A stretch of 64,000 nucleotides of DNA, taken from NCBI GenBank assembly GCA_035477775.1, contig DATIKH010000026.1, positions 5,029 to 69,028 on the forward strand. Reading direction: 5' to 3'. The notes beneath the pieces are model-generated. The model made no database searches, had not been told where the DNA came from, and saw only the letters and a list, made by a program, of their open reading frames with translations. Shown here piece by piece: positions 9,942-18,870 of the stretch; position 1 is the first letter of the stretch; every line of letters begins with the position of its first letter. Position numbers and translations under genes: made by a program. This stretch comes from Bacteroidales bacterium. GTDB lineage: Bacteria; Bacteroidota; Bacteroidia; Bacteroidales; UBA7960.

Positions 9942-10289
9942 ATGAAGATTTTTTATGCAATATCGATTGTGTTGTTTGTAAGCATGGTATGGACGCCTGG
10001 CATGGCCAAGGCAACCCAGATCGAAACATTGCTCTTGCAAGAGCCAATCGCTCAAAATCCGGGCATAAGGCCAACCCATCATCAGGAACAACTTTTTGCT
10101 CAGGCAGCCACCGAACGTCCAAGGCGTGTTGCGCCTGCCCGCAGGGCCCGACCGGATTCCAATGAACGTATTCAACCCCGCCAGGGAGCCCGCCCCGAAG
10201 TGGTTCGGCCTGGGGGCCGACCTGCCGGAATCGGAAGACCACAGGGGGCAGCCCGGCCTCAGGGAGCAGTGAGACCCAGGAGAAGATAA
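9942..10289 (+). CDS. Small secreted Arg/Pro/Gly-rich low-complexity protein
   Basis: ATG at 9942 gives the signal peptide MKIFYAISIVLFVSMVWTPGMAKA. The tail is RPRRVAPARRARP..GARPEVVRPGGRPAGIGRPQGAARPQGAVRPRRR. Coding status is uncertain because a long antisense ORF also exists. Confidence 0.45.
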   Translation: MKIFYAISIVLFVSMVWTPGMAKATQIETLLLQEPIAQNPGIRPTHHQEQLFAQAATERPRRVAPARRARPDSNERIQPRQGARPEVVRPGGRPAGIGRPQGAARPQGAVRPRRR

Positions 10290-10397
10290 CTCTGCTGACT
10301 ACTCCCTCCTAAATTATATGGTTATTCAACATAGCGGCAAATAAAAATAAGATATGGCCGTTAAAATTTTATTCCTTAAAAAACCAATATAAGTTGC

Positions 10398-11279
10398 ATG
10401 AGCTATACCATACGTAACCTGGCTAATTTGAAAAGCCTATCTGCATTTCTGGTCATTATGCAGTTTTTACTTGCAAGCAACAAGAGCTTTTCTTTCGAAA
10501 GCAATTCCGACACAACATATAAAAGCCTGCCTGACATACATCGCTTTTATGTCGGCATTACATACTCCAATTATCCTTCCTTTGTTCAGCCGGCTACTTT
10601 CGATTACGGTACAGGCTTTGCGTCCCATTTTTTATACTCCATGGACTTCGGACTTTGGGCCGAAGCCAGGCTGTACCACAATCCAGGAATGAGTCCTTTT
10701 GTTTCGGTAATCGATTTTTCGGCAGGATACAACCACATCTTCAGCAATACCTTCGATGCAGGTGTTGCGGTGACGCGATTCCTGAACAACATGAATCCAC
10801 AGGATCCATACCTTACCAATGCCACCATGCTGAACTTCAATCTGGGAGTTGACTGGAAGATATTATACACCAACATCATACCCGGATGGATGTGGGATGA
10901 AGATCCCACATTTTTTATCGCAGTTCAGAACAGCCGTTTCATTAAGAGTGCCACCTTTGGAAAAAACAACAGCTATTTTACCGCCAATCCGGGTTTTTAT
11001 ATTCTGTGGGGGCACGAGGTATGGCAAAGGCAATTGTCGCCTCTTTTTCTTGAAGCCTTGAGGCGGCGACAATTAACCCATCTCATCCCGGACCTGTCGC
11101 GAATGGAGGAACCATTCGGACTTCAAAGCCTTTTCATCAGCCTTCCCATCACTTTAGAATCCAGGCCATGGAGCTTTGAATTGGAGCCCTCCCTGGTTGT
11201 TGGCTTGAACAAAGATGCAGTTTTGGGCCAGCCTGAAGGATTTTTTTTGAATCTGGGTGTCTTCTTAAAGATTTTTTAG
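10398..11279 (+). CDS. Hypothetical outer-membrane-type protein leading the two-component operon
   Basis: N-terminal hydrophobic segment, Tyr/Phe/Asn/Gly-rich alternating pattern, and a C-terminal ..LGVFLKIF (terminal Phe). Its stop is 2 nt before the response-regulator start. Confidence 0.45.
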   Translation: MSYTIRNLANLKSLSAFLVIMQFLLASNKSFSFESNSDTTYKSLPDIHRFYVGITYSNYPSFVQPATFDYGTGFASHFLYSMDFGLWAEARLYHNPGMSPFVSVIDFSAGYNHIFSNTFDAGVAVTRFLNNMNPQDPYLTNATMLNFNLGVDWKILYTNIIPGWMWDEDPTFFIAVQNSRFIKSATFGKNNSYFTANPGFYILWGHEVWQRQLSPLFLEALRRRQLTHLIPDLSRMEEPFGLQSLFISLPITLESRPWSFELEPSLVVGLNKDAVLGQPEGFFLNLGVFLKIF

Positions 11280-11281
11280 CC

Positions 11282-11965
11282 GTGAATGTATTGATTGTTG
11301 AGGACGAGGTAAATCTGGCTCATGAGATTGCCTCCTTTTTACGAAAGGAGCATTTCCTGGTAGAAATTGCCACTACGGGAACTGAAGCTTCGGAGAAAAT
11401 AGCAGTAAACCTCTACGACTTTGTTTTGCTCGACCTGGGACTACCCGACTACGAAGGACTCGACCTGCTGGGTGAAGCCAGAAAGTCGGGACATGAAGCT
11501 GCATTTATCATTATCACCGCCAGAGGTGAAGTGGAAGAAAAAATAAAAGGTTTAGACCTTGGCGCCGACGACTACATTGCAAAACCTTTTTCGCTCCACG
11601 AACTCAGCGCCCGCATGAATGCCATTGCCCGGCGAAAATTTGGTTTGAACTCAAGTAATGTCGCCCTGGGCGAGTTTACGTTAGACATTTCAGCACGCAA
11701 AGTGTGGCACAACAACCAGGCGGTTGACCTTACCAAAAAACAATTTGACCTGCTACATTATCTGTCCATCAATAAAAACAAGGCACTCAGCAGAATTCAA
11801 CTTTACGAACATATTTGGGGCAACCTGCTTGGCGACGAGTACGACAGCAATTTCATTGATGTACATATAAAAAACCTCCGGAAAAAACTTGCAGAACACG
11901 CACCGGTCGATTGGCTCGAAACAGTAAGGGGCATAGGATACAGGGTAATTATCGAACAATCATGA
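11282..11965 (+). CDS. OmpR-family response regulator
   Basis: Receiver domain (VLIVEDE..DFVLLDLGLPDYEGLDLL..ADDYIAKPF) plus a winged-helix C-terminus (TKKQFDLLHYL..VRGIGYRV). GTG start. Confidence 0.9.
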   Translation: MNVLIVEDEVNLAHEIASFLRKEHFLVEIATTGTEASEKIAVNLYDFVLLDLGLPDYEGLDLLGEARKSGHEAAFIIITARGEVEEKIKGLDLGADDYIAKPFSLHELSARMNAIARRKFGLNSSNVALGEFTLDISARKVWHNNQAVDLTKKQFDLLHYLSINKNKALSRIQLYEHIWGNLLGDEYDSNFIDVHIKNLRKKLAEHAPVDWLETVRGIGYRVIIEQS

Positions 11966-13284
11966 AGCTGCGCTACAAGCTGGCAGTTTATAATCTGTTC
12001 ACAAAAGGCGTTTTTGTGGCCATATTCCTGTTGTTAATTCCATGGCTGCTAGAGCGGTTAAATGTTTATCAAACCGACCTCGAGCTGATTGAACAGCGGG
12101 AAGAGATCATGGAAGCCATTTCGGTCTTTGGAGCAGAGGAGTTGCTTTATAGCATCCAACCGGAAAGCTCCCCAACTTTTAACTTCCTACAACAAGAATA
12201 TATAAGCCTTGTAAGGGCAGATTCGGATAGTCTGGTAAATTTTATTGAGATATCTCCCCAACTGGTCGATGGAGAAATTGTGGATTACCGGGTATTGGTT
12301 TACTCTTTCAGGGTAGATGGCATAACCTATCTGCTCGAAATTGGTAAAAGTCTCGAACGCATATACAGGACAGAGCAAAACATCCGCAACATCACCCTGG
12401 TTATGCTGGGCTTGTTTGTAGTTATTGCATTCCTTACCGACACTTCCATGACACGCCTGCTTACCCAGCCTCTGGCAGCAATAACTCAGAAACTCAAAAA
12501 CACCAAGAATCCGGGTCAGTACGACCACAATCCGGTAGCTACCACCACGTATGATTTTGTATATCTCGACCAAACCATCTCCGATCTGATGCATCAAATC
12601 GAGGATCTTTTTGCAAAAGAAAAGGAGATCACTTCAAATATTTCGCACGAATTACTCACACCGATTTCGGTTGTTCAGAGCCGGCTCGAAAACCTGATTG
12701 AAGAAGAAGGACTTTCCGACAGACACATTGAGAAAATTTCGGATTCGCTGCGCACTTTGCACAGGCTCAAGGGAATCATCAACTCACTCTTACTGATTGC
12801 AAGGGTGGAAAACAAACAGTTTCTGAAAACGGATGCATTCTGGATCAATGAATTAATAGAAGAACTTCTGGAAGAACTTAGCCCAATCGCCCAGGAAAAA
12901 GGCATTAACTTTGTTGCAAAAATTGAAACAGACCATTACTTAAATGCCGCTAACCGCTCCCTTATTTTCACATTGTTTTTCAATATTTTGAACAATGCCG
13001 TAAAATTTTCGGAGCCCGAAAAACAGGGAGCAGTGGAGGTAGAAAGCCAAAGAATCAACAATGAATTCATAATTAAGATCATTGACCACGGGCCAGGAAT
13101 GAGTGCAGAACAGGCCGGGGAGATTTTTCAAAGGTTCAGAAAACGTAAATCTTCCAACGGGCATGGCTTAGGGCTGGCCATAGCAAAAAGGATTGCCGAT
13201 TTTCACAACATTGATATTCACGTCGAAACCCAACAAGGCAAAGGATCAACCTTTTATCTAATTTTTAAAATTTTTGATGTATGA
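11962..13284 (+). CDS. Sensor histidine kinase
   Basis: ATG at 11962 overlaps the regulator stop (ATGA). Two TM segments, H-box ISHELLTPISVV, N-box NNAVKFS, and G-boxes DHGPGM and GLGLAIAKRIA. Confidence 0.9.
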   Translation: MKLRYKLAVYNLFTKGVFVAIFLLLIPWLLERLNVYQTDLELIEQREEIMEAISVFGAEELLYSIQPESSPTFNFLQQEYISLVRADSDSLVNFIEISPQLVDGEIVDYRVLVYSFRVDGITYLLEIGKSLERIYRTEQNIRNITLVMLGLFVVIAFLTDTSMTRLLTQPLAAITQKLKNTKNPGQYDHNPVATTTYDFVYLDQTISDLMHQIEDLFAKEKEITSNISHELLTPISVVQSRLENLIEEEGLSDRHIEKISDSLRTLHRLKGIINSLLLIARVENKQFLKTDAFWINELIEELLEELSPIAQEKGINFVAKIETDHYLNAANRSLIFTLFFNILNNAVKFSEPEKQGAVEVESQRINNEFIIKIIDHGPGMSAEQAGEIFQRFRKRKSSNGHGLGLAIAKRIADFHNIDIHVETQQGKGSTFYLIFKIFDV

Positions 13285-13601
13285 AAAAACAATTGGTATT
13301 TATGACGATGGCGTTGGCATTTAGCGGCATAGCAGTGGCGCAGATGCATGAATCTACAGTAGCAGCAATTTCGGGTCAGCTGGTAAGCACAACATCACTC
13401 GACACGCTTTCAGGCCCAGGCAGGGGCGAGGCGGCCAGAGAGGGTGCAAGGGAACGTCGTAATGACCGGCACCAGATAAGAGATAATCGCAGAGACACCC
13501 GGCAGGAAATCAGGGAAGACCGCAGAGACACCCGACAGGGCGGCAGGGAAAAACGCCGGGACACCCGTCAGGATAACCGAAATCAGCGAAGGCAAGATTA
13601 A
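13281..13601 (+). CDS. Small secreted Arg/Asp/Gln-rich repeat protein, translationally coupled to the kinase
   Basis: ATGA overlap with the kinase stop. Signal peptide MKKQLVFMTMALAFSGIAVAQ. The motif RRDTRQ occurs three times with an 11-aa period. Confidence 0.55.
   Translation: MKKQLVFMTMALAFSGIAVAQMHESTVAAISGQLVSTTSLDTLSGPGRGEAAREGARERRNDRHQIRDNRRDTRQEIREDRRDTRQGGREKRRDTRQDNRNQRRQD
13488..13586 (+). repeat. Three 33-bp tandem repeats encoding the RRDTRQ units
   Basis: cgcagagacacccggcagg at 13488, cgcagagacacccgacagg at 13521 and cgccgggacacccgtcagg at 13554. Confidence 0.8.
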
Positions 13602-13669
13602 CTAAAATGTTTGGGGTTACCCGGACTCAAAATACCTACCCATATCCGTGCCATTCGGTTAGGAATCAT

Positions 13670-13677
13670 TAATTTTG
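13670..13677 (+). promoter_or_regulatory. Bacteroidota-type -7 box (TAnnTTTG)
   Basis: TAATTTTG lies 30 nt upstream of the kbl ATG at 13707. Confidence 0.35.
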
Positions 13678-13706
13678 AGCCCTCAAACAAAACGTTAACC
13701 TTCGCT

Positions 13707-14903
13707 ATGTACGGCAAAATAAAAGAGCATCTTCAAAATCAGCTAAGTGAAATAAAACAGGCAGGCCTTTTCAAAACCGAACGCATCATTACCAGCCCGC
13801 AGGGTGTTGAAATAGTAGCCAACGACAAAAAGGTGCTGAATTTTTGTGCCAACAATTACCTTGGCCTTTCGTCAGATCCAAGGGTTATGGCGGCAGCAAA
13901 TTATACCTTCTTTAAATACGGGTATGGCATGTCGTCGGTAAGGTTTATCTGCGGCACGCAACAGGTACACAAGGATTTGGAAAAAAAACTGAGTGGGTTT
14001 CTCGGAACCGACGATACCATCCTTTTTTCTTCGGCCTTCGATGCCAATGGCGGGGTTTTCGAGCCTTTGCTTGGTGAACAGGATGCCATCATTTCAGACG
14101 AGCTCAACCATGCTTCCATTATCGACGGGATAAGGCTTTGTAAAGCCAAGCGGTTCCGGTACAAAAACAACGACATGGAAGACCTCGAAGAGGTTTTGCA
14201 GGACGCCAGCGAGGCCCGGTTTAAGCTGATTGTTACCGATGGTGTTTTTTCGATGGACGGGATCATTGCCGACCTGGATAAGATTTGCGATCTGGCCGAA
14301 AAATACGATGCCCTGGTGATGGTCGATGATTCGCATGCTACGGGCTTTGTGGGCAAAACCGGACGAGGAACCCATGAGTACCACAACGTGATTGACCGGG
14401 TGGATATCATTTGCACCACTTTTGGCAAAGCATTAGGGGGAGCATCGGGCGGTTGCATCTCGGGTCGCCGCGAGATTATCGAACTGCTCCGTCAGAGGGC
14501 AAGACCATATCTCTTCTCCAATTCGCTGGCTCCATCCATTGCCGGGGCAACCCTCGAAGTGGTCAATATGCTATCTGAAACCACCGCCCTGCGCGATAAA
14601 CTTTATGAGAACACCCAACTTTTCCGGAAGGGAATGACCGAAGCCGGTTTTAAAATTGTTCCCGGTGTTCATTCCATCGTACCGGTTCTTTTTGGCCACC
14701 TGCCCGACGATGCAAAACTGTCGCAGCAGTTTGCTGACGCCTTGCTCGATGAAGGCATTTATGTTATTGGGTTTTATTTTCCGGTAGTACCCAAAGGCAA
14801 ATCGCGCATTCGCGTGCAACTAAGCGCAGCCCACAGCAAGGAACAGGTAGAGTTTGCCATCGGCAAATTTGTTAAAGTAGGTAAACGATTAGGCACCATT
14901 TGA
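13707..14903 (+). CDS. kbl: Glycine C-acetyltransferase / 2-amino-3-ketobutyrate CoA ligase (alpha-oxoamine synthase)
   Basis: 398 aa from the ATG at 13707. It is close to E. coli Kbl in blocks I recall: [59 protein letters not shown] and [12 protein letters not shown] (PLP lysine). Confidence 0.9.
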   Translation: MYGKIKEHLQNQLSEIKQAGLFKTERIITSPQGVEIVANDKKVLNFCANNYLGLSSDPRVMAAANYTFFKYGYGMSSVRFICGTQQVHKDLEKKLSGFLGTDDTILFSSAFDANGGVFEPLLGEQDAIISDELNHASIIDGIRLCKAKRFRYKNNDMEDLEEVLQDASEARFKLIVTDGVFSMDGIIADLDKICDLAEKYDALVMVDDSHATGFVGKTGRGTHEYHNVIDRVDIICTTFGKALGGASGGCISGRREIIELLRQRARPYLFSNSLAPSIAGATLEVVNMLSETTALRDKLYENTQLFRKGMTEAGFKIVPGVHSIVPVLFGHLPDDAKLSQQFADALLDEGIYVIGFYFPVVPKGKSRIRVQLSAAHSKEQVEFAIGKFVKVGKRLGTI

Positions 14904-15292
14904 TTTTCGGTTTAGGAACTGATATCATCGAGGTTGACCGCATCAGGAAGACCATGGAAGCCGACCCGGACTTCCGACATCAGATATTTTCACCTGCCGA
15001 AATCAGCTATTGTGAGTCAAAAGCGTATCCTTGCCGGCACTACGCTGCACGTTTCTGCGCAAAGGAAGCTTTTTTGAAGGCCTTAGGCACCGGATTCAAT
15101 GCAGGTATTAGCCTGACTGAAATTGAGGTTCTTCAGGAACCTTCCTGCAGGCCATTCATAAAACTTACAGGCTCAGCCAAAGATTTTTTCGAAAAATTTG
15201 GTTTTTCAAAAATACTTGTATCTTTATCGCACCTCAAAGACATTGCGGTTGCGGTCGTTATCATTGAAAAGGAGGAGTTGCGTATAGGTTAA
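14900..15292 (+). CDS. acpS: Holo-[acyl-carrier-protein] synthase
   Basis: [15 protein letters not shown].., [22 protein letters not shown] and VSLSH. TTG start overlapping the kbl stop by 4 nt. Confidence 0.9.
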   Translation: MIFGLGTDIIEVDRIRKTMEADPDFRHQIFSPAEISYCESKAYPCRHYAARFCAKEAFLKALGTGFNAGISLTEIEVLQEPSCRPFIKLTGSAKDFFEKFGFSKILVSLSHLKDIAVAVVIIEKEELRIG

Positions 15293-15385
15293 ATAGCAGA
15301 TAAAGCATTACATAAGGCAAAATTTCTCAACGGCCATTCTTAATGAGAAAATTCAATAAGTATTAACATAAACTGACTGAGTATT

Positions 15386-17089
15386 ATGGGGCATATTGGG
15401 TCTTACGAAGAAAGAGTTAAGAATTTTAACTGGGAAATAGCTGAAAAAGAATTGGAATACCAGCCAGGAAATGTGATCAACATCGGCTGGTATTGTTCTG
15501 ACAGGATATGCCTTATGGGCAAGGCCGACAAGCCGGGGCTCATCTGGGAAGGTTTGGGCGGGAAAGAAAAAACCTTTACCTACAACGACATTCGGATTGC
15601 CAGCAACACCATCGGTCAGTTTTTGCGCAACCTGGGCATAAATCCCGAAGACCGTGTCTGCCTGTTCATGGACAAGGTACCCGAACTATACCTGGGATTT
15701 TTAGGAGTACTTAAAATTGGCGCCATTGCCCAACCGCTCTTTTCGGCTTTCGGCGACGAATCGCTTTTTGTTCGCCTCGAAAATGCTGAAACCCGGGCCA
15801 TCATCACCCAGAAAAAACACGCTCCTAAAGTTCGGAAGATCATTGACAAAATGCCCTTCCTGGAATATATCATCATTGTTGACCACGACCCTGCGAAGCC
15901 GCTGGGACCGCGCGAAGTGGCCTTCGACCTGGAAAAAACACCGCCTGTCGATCACTTCAAAATTCATCCCACCAAAGCCGAATCTCCTTCGGTGCTTCAC
16001 TATACCTCCGGCACCACAGGGCAGCCCAAGGGGGTAAAACATGTTCATTATTCACTTATTTCGCAATACCTTACCGCCAAATGGGTGCTCGACCTTCAGG
16101 AGGACGATATTTACTGGTGTACAGCCGATCCCGGCTGGGTAACGGGTACTTCCTACGGCATTATTGGCGGATTCAGCAACGGGGCAACCCTGTGTGTTCT
16201 CGATGCGGGTTTCTCGGCCGAGGCATGGTACCGGTTCATAGAAAAACACCGGGTAACCATGTGGTATTCGGCCCCAACGGCCATCCGCTCGCTGATGAAA
16301 GCCGGCGATGAGGTGGTGAAAAAGTTCGACCTGAGTTGCCTGCGCCATCTTGCCTCTGTTGGCGAGCCGCTTAACTCCGAAGCTGTGATCTGGTCGCAAA
16401 AAGTTTTCGGAAAGCCGTTTTACGACACTTACTGGCAAACCGAGACCGGTTCGATCATGATCTCAAACTACCCCGGCATGAAAGTAAAACCGGGATCCAT
16501 GGGCAAACCCTTTCCGGGCATCGAGGCCACCGTGGTACACCCCGAAACCTTCGACCCCTTTACAGAAACTGGCAAAGTGGGCATCATTGCAATAAAACCA
16601 GGCTGGCCGGCCATGATGCGCACCTACTGGCGCAACGAGGAGGCCTTTAATAAAAAATTCAGGAAGGGCTGGTATCTGCCAGGCGACCGTTCGAGTATCG
16701 ACGCCGAAGGGTATTTCTGGTTTGTAGGGCGCGACGACGATGTGATCAATACTGGCGGGCACCTGGTAAGCCCCTTCGAAGTGGAATCGGCCCTGCTCGA
16801 GCATCCGGCCGTAGCTGAGTCGGCAGTCGTGGCCAAACCCGACTTTGTAAACATGGAGGTGGTTAAAGCCTTCATAACCCTAAAACCTGGTTTTACTGCA
16901 AGCGCCGACCTCGACCTCGACATTATGAACTTCGTAAGGAAAAAACTATCGCCCCTGGCCATGCCACAGGAAATAGAGTTCGTCGAAACATTGCCTAAAA
17001 CCCGCAGCGGAAAGATCATGCGCCGAATCCTGAAAGCCAAGGAGTGGGGCGAAGAAATCGGCGACACTTCAACCCTTGAAGATGATTGA
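15386..17089 (+). CDS. Adenylate-forming ligase of the AcsA / acetyl-CoA synthetase type
   Basis: YTSGTTGQPKGV, YWQTETG, GDR..IDAEGYFWF.GR.DDVI and PKTRSGKIMRR. The N-terminal region resembles what I recall of Bacillus AcsA (~570 aa class). Confidence 0.85.
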   Translation: MGHIGSYEERVKNFNWEIAEKELEYQPGNVINIGWYCSDRICLMGKADKPGLIWEGLGGKEKTFTYNDIRIASNTIGQFLRNLGINPEDRVCLFMDKVPELYLGFLGVLKIGAIAQPLFSAFGDESLFVRLENAETRAIITQKKHAPKVRKIIDKMPFLEYIIIVDHDPAKPLGPREVAFDLEKTPPVDHFKIHPTKAESPSVLHYTSGTTGQPKGVKHVHYSLISQYLTAKWVLDLQEDDIYWCTADPGWVTGTSYGIIGGFSNGATLCVLDAGFSAEAWYRFIEKHRVTMWYSAPTAIRSLMKAGDEVVKKFDLSCLRHLASVGEPLNSEAVIWSQKVFGKPFYDTYWQTETGSIMISNYPGMKVKPGSMGKPFPGIEATVVHPETFDPFTETGKVGIIAIKPGWPAMMRTYWRNEEAFNKKFRKGWYLPGDRSSIDAEGYFWFVGRDDDVINTGGHLVSPFEVESALLEHPAVAESAVVAKPDFVNMEVVKAFITLKPGFTASADLDLDIMNFVRKKLSPLAMPQEIEFVETLPKTRSGKIMRRILKAKEWGEEIGDTSTLEDD

Positions 17090-17170
17090 TTTTAGGAGAG
17101 ATTTAAACCGGAAGTAAATACTAAGGCTTAACTTAAAAATAATCACCAACCACTAAAAGAGATACAGCTT

Positions 17171-17413
17171 ATGAACGAAATGAAAGACATTGTAAGGGAA
17201 TATGTAATCAACGAGTATGTTGAAGACGACACCGAGATCAACTACGACACTCCGCTGATTTCGGGTGGTATCGTTGACTCTTTCTCAATGGTTTCGCTCA
17301 AACGTTTCCTTGAGAACAAATACAAAATTTCTATTCCCGACGACAAGGCCACACCCGACGCTTTCGACAGTGTGAACAAAATCGTTGACCTGGTAAATGA
17401 ATTCTTAAAATAG
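17171..17413 (+). CDS. Stand-alone acyl carrier protein (phosphopantetheine-binding)
   Basis: 80 aa and acidic, with a GGIVDSFSMVSL serine attachment motif. It lies between the ligase and the second oxoamine synthase. Confidence 0.8.
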   Translation: MNEMKDIVREYVINEYVEDDTEINYDTPLISGGIVDSFSMVSLKRFLENKYKISIPDDKATPDAFDSVNKIVDLVNEFLK

Positions 17414-17421
17414 GAGGCGCT

Positions 17422-18669
17422 ATGGCATATCCGGAAAAAACAAGGGCAATGTATGCCGGGGTGATCGAAGGCATTAAAGAAGCTGGATTGTTCAAGCAGG
17501 AGCGCTTTATCCATTCTTCGCAGGCAGCCGATATCGAAGTGGAGTTTCCTGCGGGCGCTTCTCCTAAGAAGGCCATAAACATCTGCGCCAACAACTACCT
17601 GGGCATGTCGAGCCACCCCGAGGTGGTCAAGGCTGCCCACGAAGGTCTCGAATCGCATGGCTACGGAATGTCGTCGGTGAGGTTTATTTGCGGCACCCAG
17701 GATATCCACAAAAAGTTGGAAGAAATGGTTACAGAATTTCTGGGAACCGAGGACACCATCCTGTTTCCATCGTGCATGGATGCCAATGCCGGAGTATTCG
17801 AAGCCATCCTTACCAAGGACGACATCATCATTTCCGACCGGTTGGTGCATGCCTCGCTCATCGACGGCATTCGCCTCTGCAGCGCAATGCATGACACCTT
17901 CAAGCACTCCGACATGGAGCACCTCGAAAGCAAGCTGCAATTGCATAACGACCGCAGAATAAAAATGGTAGTAACCGACGGGGTTTTCTCCATGGATGGC
18001 GACACCGCCAAATTAGACGAAATGGTAGCTCTATGTGAAAAGTATGATGCCCTGCTGTTGGTTGACGATTCGCATGCAAGCGGTTTTATAGGCAAAACCG
18101 GACGCGGCACGCACGAGCAATATGGCGTGATGGGCAAGATTGATCTGATTACCACCACTTTTGGCAAGGGCCTAGGGGGTGCATCGGGCGGTTGCGTTTC
18201 GGGTCGCAGGGAACTGGTTGAGTTGTGCCGGCAGCGTGCCCGGCCGTACCTTTTCTCCAACACCATAGCGCCGCCCATCATAGCAGGCGTCATCAGGGTG
18301 CTTGAGATCCTTTCAGCCTCGACCGACCGCCGCGACAAGCTCGAAAAAAACACCGAATTCTGGCGCAACGGATTGATCAACGCCGGCTTTATCGTAAAAC
18401 CGGGCGACACTCCAATTGTACCTGTTATGCTTTTCAATGCCAAGCTGGCGCAGAATTTCTCGCGCGACCTGTTCGATGAAGGCATTTATGCCATCGGGTT
18501 CTTCTTCCCGGTAGTGCCCCAGAGCCATGCCAGGATCAGAACCCAGATATCGGCCGGACATGAGATGCATCATCTCGAAAAGGCCCTCGAAGCATTTATT
18601 AAAGTGGGCAAAAAGTACAAAATCCTCGGAAAGTCGAAACAAGAGATTATCGACATGTACGGCATTTAA
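17422..18669 (+). CDS. Diverged alpha-oxoamine synthase (Kbl/BioF/Spt superfamily paralog)
   Basis: AGGAGG lies 7 nt before the ATG. It retains [27 protein letters not shown] and TFGKGLGGASGG (PLP lysine). It differs from Kbl at LVHAS, PSCMDANAG and RLCSAMHDTFKHSDM, and has about a dozen extra C-terminal residues. Confidence 0.85.
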   Translation: MAYPEKTRAMYAGVIEGIKEAGLFKQERFIHSSQAADIEVEFPAGASPKKAINICANNYLGMSSHPEVVKAAHEGLESHGYGMSSVRFICGTQDIHKKLEEMVTEFLGTEDTILFPSCMDANAGVFEAILTKDDIIISDRLVHASLIDGIRLCSAMHDTFKHSDMEHLESKLQLHNDRRIKMVVTDGVFSMDGDTAKLDEMVALCEKYDALLLVDDSHASGFIGKTGRGTHEQYGVMGKIDLITTTFGKGLGGASGGCVSGRRELVELCRQRARPYLFSNTIAPPIIAGVIRVLEILSASTDRRDKLEKNTEFWRNGLINAGFIVKPGDTPIVPVMLFNAKLAQNFSRDLFDEGIYAIGFFFPVVPQSHARIRTQISAGHEMHHLEKALEAFIKVGKKYKILGKSKQEIIDMYGI

Positions 18670-18692
18670 AAACTGCCTTCGAAAACCAAAAG

Positions 18693-18719
18693 CCCCGCAA
18701 GAAATTGCGGGGTTTTTTA
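18693..18719 (+). terminator. Rho-independent terminator closing the kbl..AOS2 operon
   Basis: Stem ccccgcaa / ttgcgggg with loop gaaa, followed by tttttt. Confidence 0.85.
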
Positions 18720-18797
18720 TTGGCGCCGGGCAGCAACAATATGAGAACATGTTGATTTGTTGAAACTTTTTTGCTATTTTGCATGACGTTTTCAATT

Positions 18798-18827
18798 CAT
18801 AGCCCACGGTTTAAACCGTGGGCTATG
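18798..18827. repeat. Perfect 30-nt palindrome, copy 1
   Basis: catagcccacggtttaaaccgtgggctatg is its own reverse complement. Confidence 0.9.
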
Positions 18828-18870
18828 ATAGGAATGGATAAATCCGTGAATAAAAATTCGAATGCCATTA

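Noticed and set aside
9724-10242. 172-aa minus-strand ORF opposite the Arg/Pro-rich secreted ORF.
   Set aside because: It overlaps the S41 peptidase 3' end and has no signal or recognisable motif. The plus-strand ORF has a clean ATG plus signal peptide. Still, neither is proven, so the plus-strand call gets only moderate confidence.
13901-18485. Long antisense ORFs inside both oxoamine synthase genes (13901..14458, 17242..17946 and 17661..18485 on the minus strand; up to 274 aa).
   Set aside because: They sit exactly opposite strongly recognisable PLP-enzyme genes and have low-complexity Ser/Pro/Arg-rich translations. The two loci give homologous shadow sequences (..[13 protein letters not shown].. 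and ..PPDAPPRPLPKVV..), as expected from antisense reading of paralogs rather than real genes.
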